From a virus (taxonomy: Duplodnaviria; Caudoviricetes): 29,377 bases of DNA. The translations under genes and the position numbers were made by a program. Under the pieces are notes generated by a model that had not been told where the DNA came from, ran no database searches, and saw nothing but the letters and a program-made list of their open reading frames with translations. Position 1 is the stretch's first letter. Each line of letters begins with the position of its first letter. Location: positions 1 to 29,377 of the IMG/VR virus record IMGVR_UViG_3300032112_000032, one strand, 5' to 3'. Positions 1 through 7,511 of this stretch are shown one piece after another.

Positions 1-1086
1 TTATGGCAGAAATGCTGTAAGCCCTTTTTCTTTTTGGTCATACATTGGTAGTACTTTTGCCAAAAATGCGCTGCCGTCGTTTCTCGTAGATTTCCTTACC
101 CATGAATAATATCGGGTGTAGATCATCTGCAAAGAGCCGTGTCCGAGCATTCTTTGTACCCACCCCAAGTCTTCCCCTGCATCGATCATCAGCGTTGCAA
201 AGGTGTGACGTGTTTGAATGGGCGGTCTGTATTCTATGCCCGCTTTTTCAAGCGTTGGCTTCCATATCACCTCTCTGACATGATCAGGTGTGAGCAGGTC
301 GCCTTTTCGGTCGATGAAAACGTGTTTATGCTGTCTTTTCATGCTGTTGAGAGCGTCCACAACAGGCGGAAGCATATCAACGTCACGCTTTGACTTCATT
401 GTTTTTGTTCGACCTTCCTCGCCGTAAACAAGCGTTTCTCTTATCAAAATCAGTTTACGGGTGAAATCCACCTGGTGCCATTTCAGCGCAGCCAATTCGC
501 CAAACCGACACCCTGTGAAAAAAGCCGTGATGAAAAACGGCTTGTACTGCTCCGGCGCATGACCGATGATCGCGTTGACCTCTTCGATGGTGAACGGGTA
601 AATGTCCGATTGTTCCAACTTCAAATTGTCCACATCGCCCATGATGTTCGATGTGATGTGGCCGTGCCGTTTGGCATACTTGAAGATGCTGCGAACAGGT
701 ACGAGAATGTTGTTGATCCGCTTTGCCGAACACCCGAGAGAATCGATAAACCGTTCAACCGTTCCGATGGAGATGTCTTTTATGGGCGTGTTCCCGAAAA
801 ACGGGAGAACATGCCGATTGACACTGGAGCGCCAGTCTCTCCATGTGGAAGCCTTGATCTGATTTTGCTCGATCCTGGTCTCTTGATGCTTTGCCCAGTT
901 GGTTGCAACTTCTCCAAACAGTGCGCCGGTCGGCTCCGGCTTTTCCTGCGAAAGCAACTTGTCGCGCATGACACGCGCTTTCATGACGGATTCAGACAAC
1001 TTCTTGTACTTCAATTTCCCGTCCACCCTCTGACGGAAGTACCACACGCCGTTTCTTTCTTCCAAGTGATGATTGAGCTTTGCCAT
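1..1086 (-). CDS. int: Tyrosine recombinase (phage integrase)
   Basis: Catalytic motifs TGCRFGELAALKW, QTRHTFAT, LGHGSLQMIYTRY; N-terminal arm-binding and SAM-like regions; GGAGG before ATG 1086, overlapping the xis stop (TAATG). Confidence 0.95.
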   Translation of the reverse strand: MAKLNHHLEERNGVWYFRQRVDGKLKYKKLSESVMKARVMRDKLLSQEKPEPTGALFGEVATNWAKHQETRIEQNQIKASTWRDWRSSVNRHVLPFFGNTPIKDISIGTVERFIDSLGCSAKRINNILVPVRSIFKYAKRHGHITSNIMGDVDNLKLEQSDIYPFTIEEVNAIIGHAPEQYKPFFITAFFTGCRFGELAALKWHQVDFTRKLILIRETLVYGEEGRTKTMKSKRDVDMLPPVVDALNSMKRQHKHVFIDRKGDLLTPDHVREVIWKPTLEKAGIEYRPPIQTRHTFATLMIDAGEDLGWVQRMLGHGSLQMIYTRYYSWVRKSTRNDGSAFLAKVLPMYDQKEKGLTAFLP

Positions 1087-1298
1087 TATATCCTCCAATT
1101 ACGGGATACAGGCTTGCTCTCTGCCACCTCCTTTTTGTTTGACTGTTCAATGCATAGAATTTCACTCACAGGGTACAATATGCGGGTTGAATGGGGAACT
1201 TGAAAGAATGGAACAACCCCCTTCTCCCGCCAGTTCTTGAGCGTGCCCGCAGAGATCCGCCACCTTTGGGCGAGTTCCTTTTGGGTGAAATAGATCAT
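1086..1298 (-). CDS. xis: Excisionase-like HTH protein
   Basis: YFTQKELAQRWRISAGTLKNWREKG is a MerR/Xis-type HTH; coupled to int; ATGA overlap with the upstream ORF. Confidence 0.8.
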   Translation of the reverse strand: MIYFTQKELAQRWRISAGTLKNWREKGVVPFFQVPHSTRILYPVSEILCIEQSNKKEVAESKPVSRNWRI

Positions 1299-1498
1299 GG
1301 TTTGGAAGCGGTGCATTTATTGTCGATCTCGACCCCGTTGCGCACAACGCTGTGACATTGGACAACAAGGTCATGAGAATAATCCCTGACGTGAAAATGC
1401 TCCGTGACATCGGGCTTCCCCTTGCCGATATGAAAGGCGACAACTGCGGGCAAAAGCGCGATCAATAGCAATTCAAAAAGGTTCACCATCGTTGCCAC
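1295..1498 (-). CDS. Small protein with N-terminal hydrophobic segment
   Basis: LFELLLIALLPAVVAF; stop overlaps the xis start. Confidence 0.55.
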   Translation of the reverse strand: MATMVNLFELLLIALLPAVVAFHIGKGKPDVTEHFHVRDYSHDLVVQCHSVVRNGVEIDNKCTASKP

Positions 1499-1644
1499 CC
1501 CTCTTGATATTTAGGTTTTTTGTTTGGCACGCGCGGTTCTTCACGGTAGGCATAGACCACCTGACCGCCACAGAAAGGACATACGTCTTGCGGTACGTCC
1601 TTTTCCTTTTGTTCTTCGCGTGTCGGACATCTTCCACAGTACAT
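1483..1644 (-). CDS. Small Zn-ribbon protein
   Basis: CGRC...CPFC in the C-terminal part of ORF 1483..1884; start uncertain. Confidence 0.45.
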   Translation of the reverse strand: MYCGRCPTREEQKEKDVPQDVCPFCGGQVVYAYREEPRVPNKKPKYQEGWQRW

Positions 1645-1717
1645 GCAAAGCGAGTATCTGACGCTCATAAGCCCTCCAAAAGAAAACCACCGCATCTGAC
1701 ATACGGTGGTGTGCAAT

Positions 1718-1939
1718 TTAAAATGGTGTGTTGAAACTCCTAACTTCCGCCGATTTACTGCTGAGAGAATAAAAGAATTCACAGACAATCTCAGAGTCCC
1801 GATTATCCGGCACCGCCATGAGGACAAAACGGACATCATCAACGACGTGAGAATCCGTGTCGTTGAGTTTTTCAGTCCGCTCAAGGTAGGCGCGTAACGC
1901 TTCGATCAAAATACTCTGGGCGTGTTTATTGAGTCTCAT
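1718..1939 (-). CDS. Hypothetical protein
   Basis: 73-aa ORF with AGGAG upstream, in a run of coupled genes. Confidence 0.5.
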   Translation of the reverse strand: MRLNKHAQSILIEALRAYLERTEKLNDTDSHVVDDVRFVLMAVPDNRDSEIVCEFFYSLSSKSAEVRSFNTPF

Positions 1940-2144
1940 GTACGTCTCCTATAGCAAATCGCATTGTGCCACTACCTGCGAGCTCTTTTAAGTCACCCAT
2001 TTCCGTATAGACTGAAAACTCCAGGATAAAGTTGTTTTCCTTGTCATCTTCCAAGACAAGTTTATCCACAAGATCAAGGACAAAAACGTCGAAAGCGTCA
2101 TAAACGAGCCTAAGATCTTTCTTTAACTGTTCCTTGTCGACCAT
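1926..2144 (-). CDS. Hypothetical protein
   Basis: GGAGGTG SD before MVDKEQLKK. Confidence 0.55.
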   Translation of the reverse strand: MVDKEQLKKDLRLVYDAFDVFVLDLVDKLVLEDDKENNFILEFSVYTEMGDLKELAGSGTMRFAIGDVHETQ

Positions 2145-2346
2145 TATCACCTCCAAATAACGTGTATTGACGGTTGCAAGTGCAATTCTCTTCACCAAAG
2201 AGAGTCACTGTAAGCTTCTGTTTCCCTTCCTCAAAATATGCCTCAAGAGAACCAACCAGTAAGCCCAATTCCTCGTCGACATACAGCTTGTAGTAATGTA
2301 TGCCGTTGTGCTTTCGGAAGGGTACTGCGACATACATTCTTTTCAT
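2110..2346 (-). CDS. Hypothetical protein
   Basis: AAGGAGG SD; 78 aa. Confidence 0.55.
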   Translation of the reverse strand: MKRMYVAVPFRKHNGIHYYKLYVDEELGLLVGSLEAYFEEGKQKLTVTLFGEENCTCNRQYTLFGGDNGRQGTVKERS

Positions 2347-2355
2347 GTGTCCTCC

Positions 2356-2550
2356 TTAATTGACAGATTCTGCTCTGTCTGAATGAGCAATCTTTGCGCC
2401 CACTCCAGCAATTTTTTCGTTCGTATCATTGTTGAATATTTCAACTTTGATCGTGAATCCACTTGGAGATTTGGTTTTATCTTGTTTCCGTAAACGCTCT
2501 ATGACCAGATCGGCAAGTTTTTCCAAAATAGCCATCAATGTTGCTCTCAT
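2356..2550 (-). CDS. Hypothetical protein
   Basis: GGAGG SD; 64 aa. Confidence 0.55.
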   Translation of the reverse strand: MRATLMAILEKLADLVIERLRKQDKTKSPSGFTIKVEIFNNDTNEKIAGVGAKIAHSDRAESVN

Positions 2551-2567
2551 TCTGCCTCCATAATTTG

Positions 2568-2589
2568 AGAGGGGGACATTGCCCCCTCT
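2568..2589. terminator. Intergenic hairpin
   Basis: AGAGGGGG-acattg-CCCCCTCT. Confidence 0.45.
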
Positions 2590-2606
2590 GTTAATGTTTT
2601 TGTGGT

Positions 2607-2798
2607 CTACTTCTTGAACGACAGCTCTTGCCGAACAACTCGATTGCTGACCGTTTCACCTTCTTCTTGGAACGCCAGAAAAACAGTGATATTCACTCCG
2701 TCGAACTCCACGCAATCAATCACCTGATGGACCGCCTGAGTGATCGCATCTTTGATTGCTTCATGGACTTGGTAACTGATGATCCCCGTTGATTTCAT
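2607..2798 (-). CDS. Hypothetical protein
   Basis: 63-aa ORF with AGGTG upstream. Confidence 0.5.
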   Translation of the reverse strand: MKSTGIISYQVHEAIKDAITQAVHQVIDCVEFDGVNITVFLAFQEEGETVSNRVVRQELSFKK

Positions 2799-2806
2799 TC
2801 AATCAC

Positions 2807-3133
2807 CTACAGATCATCGTTGTTTTTCGGCGGAAGCGGGATCTTGTCCTGCTTCTCATCCACCTTGACGGACACGAAATAATCAGGGTCACGGCTGTCT
2901 GCCTTCTTGTTTTTGTTGGGGAAAATCATGATGTTGACATCATTCCCCAACACGCCGATGCTTACGAACCCGCTTAACATCACGCCGTTGTCCTTTGTGT
3001 GCCCTTTCCAAAGACTGCCAACCGACTTGAGCTTTCCGTTTGCCATAGCCTCCTCCTGTTCGCGTTCTTGCTCAAAGTAGAGCATTTTAAGGTACGGACT
3101 GGTTTCGATCATGAACTCAACGATGGAACTCAT
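2807..3133 (-). CDS. DUF736-like protein (possible ssDNA-binding)
   Basis: VGSLWKG...LSGFV...IMIFPN..K...PDYFV pattern; SD-led starts at 3133 and in-frame at 3046. Confidence 0.55.
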   Translation of the reverse strand: MSSIVEFMIETSPYLKMLYFEQEREQEEAMANGKLKSVGSLWKGHTKDNGVMLSGFVSIGVLGNDVNIMIFPNKNKKADSRDPDYFVSVKVDEKQDKIPLPPKNNDDL

Positions 3134-3155
3134 GCGTCACCTCCATGCTGTTTAT

Positions 3156-3164
3156 ATTATATCA
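3156..3164 (-). promoter_or_regulatory. Extended -10 promoter for the small-gene/xis/int run
   Basis: TGaTATAAT on - strand just upstream of the SD of the 3133 gene. Confidence 0.45.
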
Positions 3165-3166
3165 TA

Positions 3167-4294
3167 TCAAGTAGTTACAAACCACATGGGGCGCTTCTCC
3201 ACAGTCTTCACAGGAAGCGGAAGGACTTTGACAAACGGCGGTCTGTTCATTTTTACAATGCCCTCAAATGCCGGTGTCTTGACTGCAGCGTGATATTTTT
3301 CTGTGAACTTCACCTCCTTGTCAGATAGGTCTTTGAACTCCGGCGCGATCTCCCGTGCCTCTCGTGCCCCAGGGTTGAGGGCAATGATCGAGCCGATGTT
3401 ACTGAGTAAAACTTGTTTGAACGTTTGCGGAACGGACGCAAAGTCTTGTGTTGCCAAGGTGGTCATCACCTTGTATTTCCTAGCCATTTTCAACAAATGG
3501 AAGAAATTCTGATCGATAAATAGATGCGCCTCGTCGATATACAATGCCAACGGATGAACAACCTCACGCCGCACCGCCAAAAAGCTTTCCTTGAGCAAGA
3601 ACGTCAAAGCGGAACCGACGGCAACCCCAGGAAGTTCGCCAAGCCCGAACGTGTCGACGATCAAAACGCGCTTTCTCTCCGCCAACTCAAGAAAATTCAC
3701 CGCCTTTTCCATGCAGAGAATGTCACGGACTGCGGGATCGGACAGAATGCTCTCAAGGCGTGAAATGACGCCGTCGATCGCGTGCTGGTTTTTGGGGTCT
3801 TGCTTCTTGCGCAGTCTGTCGAGCAAAGCATCCAAACGTGGCCGGCCGTTCTCGATACACCAGATCACAACGTCATAGATCGCATTGCGCATTCTGGTTG
3901 TCGCGGAAAGGTCTGACGACGTGGTGAGAGTTATGTGATTAATGTAAGCAAGGACGAGTTCCGCCCTCTGTTCAACGGAGAGCGGAGCCATCATCAGATT
4001 GAGTCCCGTGCAAGGATTCTCCTTTGAGAGATAGATCACCTCTCTCTTGAATACCTTTGCATGGCTGTACACTCTGCGCGCCAACTCTCCCGACGGATCG
4101 ATCAGAACAAGCGCCGTTTTCATCAAAAGATCTTGCTGACAAAAGATCTCGATACCGACGGACTTGCCAGATCCCGGAGCGCCAATGAACAGCACGCTTC
4201 TGAACCTGTCCTTCTCGGAAATGGAGATGGTGATGCGCCGATCGTACAGCGCGCACCACCCCTCCGATATTGAACCGAAGCGAATGCTACTCAC
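3167..4294 (-). CDS. VirD4/TraG/TrwB-like ATPase (FtsK-HerA superfamily), no membrane anchor
   Basis: Walker A GAPGSGKS, LIDPSGEL, Walker B LYIDEAH, ARKY, LATQ; probable GTG start at 4294. Confidence 0.8.
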   Translation of the reverse strand: MSSIRFGSISEGWCALYDRRITISISEKDRFRSVLFIGAPGSGKSVGIEIFCQQDLLMKTALVLIDPSGELARRVYSHAKVFKREVIYLSKENPCTGLNLMMAPLSVEQRAELVLAYINHITLTTSSDLSATTRMRNAIYDVVIWCIENGRPRLDALLDRLRKKQDPKNQHAIDGVISRLESILSDPAVRDILCMEKAVNFLELAERKRVLIVDTFGLGELPGVAVGSALTFLLKESFLAVRREVVHPLALYIDEAHLFIDQNFFHLLKMARKYKVMTTLATQDFASVPQTFKQVLLSNIGSIIALNPGAREAREIAPEFKDLSDKEVKFTEKYHAAVKTPAFEGIVKMNRPPFVKVLPLPVKTVEKRPMWFVTT

Positions 4295-4643
4295 CGCTCG
4301 CCTCGTACGCCTTTTTCTTCTGCTGGAACTCCAAACGCCGTTCCAACACATCGATCATGGAAAGCTCCGCCGTTGATTGTGCCAGAGCTTGCCGTGCTTT
4401 GAGCTCATCGAGTTCGGCTTTCACGCGTTCGTTGGCCGTCACCTGGTCGATAATGAATTGCTGCTGCAACCGTTGCCCGCGAACAAACTGCTCGATGGTG
4501 TCCGCTTGCAACGTTTGCTGTTTCTTGAGCTGTTCAAGCTCAATGTTGGTCATCAAGCGACCGATCACGTTGTTGCCGCGCGGCTTCGGCATAAGCGGGA
4601 AAACACAGCCACCACCAAAAAGAGCTGGAAGATTATTGCTCAT
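4287..4643 (-). CDS. Coiled-coil hypothetical protein
   Basis: Q/E/L-rich helical sequence; GGGAGGT SD; overlaps the ATPase start. Confidence 0.65.
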   Translation of the reverse strand: MSNNLPALFGGGCVFPLMPKPRGNNVIGRLMTNIELEQLKKQQTLQADTIEQFVRGQRLQQQFIIDQVTANERVKAELDELKARQALAQSTAELSMIDVLERRLEFQQKKKAYEASGE

Positions 4644-4812
4644 TGTTACCTCCCATTTTTGCGATCATCTCTTGGTACGCTTGCATTTGAAGTTGCTGGT
4701 GCTGTGCATACTGGATCTCGGCAAGGGCACTGCCACGCCCCCACACGCGCCCGATGAGAATGCCGACGACAAGTGCAATTGCGTACAACCAATACCCGTC
4801 AATTATTGCCAT
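4633..4812 (-). CDS. Small single-pass membrane protein
   Basis: YWLYAIALVVGILIG; AGGAGGTG SD before ATG 4812. Confidence 0.65.
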   Translation of the reverse strand: MAIIDGYWLYAIALVVGILIGRVWGRGSALAEIQYAQHQQLQMQAYQEMIAKMGGNNEQ

Positions 4813-5024
4813 TTGCGCACCTCCTTTTTGGAAACGTCGATGTCCTCTACAATGCGGGCAAGCCCGAAGTCGGGACGAGCGACAATGAAATTGCGAAGTG
4901 CAAACTCGAATTCTCCGCGCGCCTTGTTGCAGAGCTTCTTGCACTTCATGAGCTTCCGACAACGAATCCGACAACAATAGTTTGTGCGGATCATGTCTAT
5001 GAGATCACCATGAAATTGCGCCAT
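4803..5024 (-). CDS. Hypothetical Cys-containing protein
   Basis: GGAGGTG SD; TAATG-coupled to the upstream gene. Confidence 0.55.
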   Translation of the reverse strand: MAQFHGDLIDMIRTNYCCRIRCRKLMKCKKLCNKARGEFEFALRNFIVARPDFGLARIVEDIDVSKKEVRKWQ

Positions 5025-5596
5025 TATTCCACCTCCATCATTTGAATTGTCTCGGTAAGGGTGAGAGTATCACCCATCTTCTTGCCATGTGTTACGAGAT
5101 GGAAGAACGGGACCGGGCAACCAAACAGATGTGACAGGTAGTCACATGCACCGCCCCATTTTTGCCAAACCTGGAGCTTTCCTTCAAAAAACCTGATATT
5201 TTCAGTATTTACAGCCTCGATTATCAAACAGCAGTGCCGCGCTCCATCTCGAACCAACACCATCGCATCTGGACGAATCGCCACGCTCTCTATGAGCCTT
5301 TCACGCGCAACGCTGATGTCCCACCGACAGGCAAGTTTCACCAAAGCGTCGGTGATCATTTCCGCGTGATCGTCATAGCCCTCAAGACCAGGCAACGAAT
5401 ACACGCCCTTTGTGCCAAACTTGTGAAACGTCAGCTCCCCGCGCGCCTCCATGTCCTTCAAAACGCGCCGTGCAAGTGTTTCACCGCTTGGCACATTCCC
5501 TGCCAATCCACGGGCGACAAGCACCTCCCCAGTGACCCGTGGTGTGAATTTGTGAAGGTTGATAGCCAGTTGTCTGATAAAATCTTCGTTTGCCAT
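5024..5596 (-). CDS. Replication-relaxation family (PF13814-like, MOB-C-like) protein, copy 1
   Basis: N-terminal wHTH (ARRVLKDMEARGEL), DHAEMITD, RPDA, IIEAVNTE..EGKL; AGGAGGTG SD. Confidence 0.65.
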   Translation of the reverse strand: MANEDFIRQLAINLHKFTPRVTGEVLVARGLAGNVPSGETLARRVLKDMEARGELTFHKFGTKGVYSLPGLEGYDDHAEMITDALVKLACRWDISVARERLIESVAIRPDAMVLVRDGARHCCLIIEAVNTENIRFFEGKLQVWQKWGGACDYLSHLFGCPVPFFHLVTHGKKMGDTLTLTETIQMMEVE

Positions 5597-5739
5597 TGCG
5601 TCCACCTCCTATTGTTATCTGTTTTAAGTTAATTTAGATGAGATCATCGTCTCATGTCAAGCGATAATTTTAGGTCTTGGAGATTTTTCTTGTCTACCTT
5701 TTTCACGTATGGTACTTGATGCCAAAAAGGAGGATTCTT

Positions 5740-6255
5740 ATGGCAAGGGACATTGAACAAGAAATGAAAAGGCTGGAAGGCGCGGCAGAAAAGGTACTTA
5801 GCGGCTTTGAGTGTGGAAATCTGACCAACAAAGAAATGGGATTTGAGAGAGCCGAATACCAATCAGTGTGGCGAAGGATGATGAACGACGGCTACAAAGG
5901 CAGCCTCGCGTTTTACATTATGGACAAATGTGAGGAGTTGGTTGACGCCGCGATGGACATGCACCAAAAATCGCATGGCGTCGCAACGTCAAAAATGGGG
6001 ATGTTGGAGCTTTACGAGCAGGGTGTTGTCGATAAGGCATTTCTCAAAAAGTTCGGTCTGGACATTGAGAAATTGACGCCTGATGACATCGAGGAAATCA
6101 AAAAGATGGCCGCAAAAGAAAAGGAACGCGAGAAAGATTTTTTTGCGGCATTCCCCGATGCGGTTGTGAGATGTGCTCAAATAAAAAAGATGCAGGTGTT
6201 CACAAGAAAGCAGATGACCAAAATGGAGATCCTTGAGAAGTACATACCAAAATAA
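5740..6255 (+). CDS. Hypothetical protein, divergently transcribed
   Basis: AGGAGG SD before ATG 5740; the only convincing + strand gene in the window. Confidence 0.7.
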   Translation: MARDIEQEMKRLEGAAEKVLSGFECGNLTNKEMGFERAEYQSVWRRMMNDGYKGSLAFYIMDKCEELVDAAMDMHQKSHGVATSKMGMLELYEQGVVDKAFLKKFGLDIEKLTPDDIEEIKKMAAKEKEREKDFFAAFPDAVVRCAQIKKMQVFTRKQMTKMEILEKYIPK

Positions 6256-6440
6256 ACATTTTTTCTATTTGTTTTCAATCAGTTGGATATGTGTTTGACC
6301 CCCCGTTTTATATAAACCAAACATCATTAACCGCCGAAGGCGGCGCGCCCCGCTTAGCAAAACCGACTGTAAGTCATCGATCTTCTTTCCCCGAAGATAC
6401 ACGCTTTCAGATCATGAAACGCGCCGCCGCCCCCGACAGC

Positions 6441-6764
6441 ACGGAGCGTCTTGACAAGATGGAGTGACTGATACAATGGGGAGGACGATGATGGCTTTCT
6501 GTAAGCCACCATTGAACTCTATCGAAGCTGGTTCGCTATTTCCTCCAGCTCCTCCAGGATTACGCGTACGTCGTATTCCAGTTCACCCGGTCCCCAACCT
6601 TTCCCCGTAGCGAGGTACAGGTTGTTCTTTCTGATCAGATGCAACAAGCGTTTTCTGATCGTTGTCCTCCATGTCCTTTGATACATAGAACTCTATTACG
6701 AATTAAGCCATTATCGGCATACCCGTTGAATCAGTCGAGGCTCCATCTTGTCAAGATGATCCGT
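6441..6764. repeat. Imperfect inverted repeat with ~57-60-nt arms (6441-6497 / 6705-6764)
   Basis: Perfect 16-bp core TCTTGACAAGATGGAG (6449-6464) / CTCCATCTTGTCAAGA (6741-6756), with alignable flanks. Confidence 0.9.
6519..6686 (-). CDS. 55-aa ORF inside the inverted-repeat loop
   Basis: Manual translation MYQRTWRTTIRKRLLHLIRKNNLYLATGKGWGPGELEYDVRVILEELEEIANQLR; below the ORF-track cutoff. Confidence 0.5.
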   Translation of the reverse strand: MYQRTWRTTIRKRLLHLIRKNNLYLATGKGWGPGELEYDVRVILEELEEIANQLR

Positions 6765-6996
6765 TCCTTTTCCCCGAGAGCGAAGTGACGTGCTGCGACA
6801 GCGGTCACTGTTTACCGTCAGGTAAGCTGTGGCCGTTGACGTGGCACCAAAACGGAGCGACCGACGATCAGCATGAGCGAAGCGAATTCGAAAGAGAGCG
6901 GAGACACTTTGTCGTGAAATAGCAATCCGTAGGCGCATTGTTCTGCGCCGAGGGAGTCTTTTCTCGGCAATGTGTCGGAGCGGACGACGCTTATGA

Positions 6997-7302
6997 TCAA
7001 TCAGATTTCTTCTCTGATTGCTCTGAAACACTGTACATGGACATCATCGTTATATTCGCTGTATTGATATATACCCAGTTGTCGTCATCCTCAACGCTAA
7101 GATCGCGTGCAATAATGACTGGTTTGCCTTTTGTGCAATCCATTATTTCAAACAGACGCTTTTGACCGTCAATGAAAAGATACCACTTTTGTTTAACATC
7201 CAATGGGTAAGGGCATTGTTGAGTCGTTGCAGCGGTATCAATAGCAGCAAACGCGCTACCGGCAAACAGAAGCAAAAAGATTTGCACGAGCACTTTCTTC
7301 AT
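6997..7302 (-). CDS. Secreted/periplasmic hypothetical protein
   Basis: Signal peptide MKKVLVQIFLLLFAGSAFA; GGAGG SD; two Cys. Confidence 0.7.
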   Translation of the reverse strand: MKKVLVQIFLLLFAGSAFAAIDTAATTQQCPYPLDVKQKWYLFIDGQKRLFEIMDCTKGKPVIIARDLSVEDDDNWVYINTANITMMSMYSVSEQSEKKSD

Positions 7303-7326
7303 TTTTCCTCCATTAAAGAATAAATG

Positions 7327-7352
7327 AAAAGAGCCCATTGCTGAGCTCTTTC
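7327..7352. terminator. Intrinsic terminator-like hairpin
   Basis: AAAAGAGCCCA-ttgc-TGAGCTCTTT. Confidence 0.5.
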
Positions 7353-7511
7353 TTTAGATCGGTTTTACCCATCGCCTTGCACGCTGACTTCCTAGCTTGA
7401 CCATGAGCAATCATGACTGGAAGTGTACGCCACAGAATCCCGCAGGGTGGCGTTTAGTCGATGATAGACAACTTGATGCTGCAAAGAGCGAAAGCGTCCA
7501 AACCATTTTCA

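Noticed and set aside
1-60. Possible att site or half-terminator at the integrase 3' end (AAAAAGGGCTTACAGC on the - strand)
   Set aside because: Partner sequence and target gene would lie outside the window, so it cannot be supported
475-1203. Long + strand ORFs here and elsewhere (e.g. 4270-4980, 5162-5632)
   Set aside because: Antisense shadows of well-supported - strand genes, with no motifs or RBS
6488-6610. 40-aa Pro-rich + strand ORF with SD-like GGGGAGG
   Set aside because: Composition looks like the antisense of the more protein-like - strand ORF
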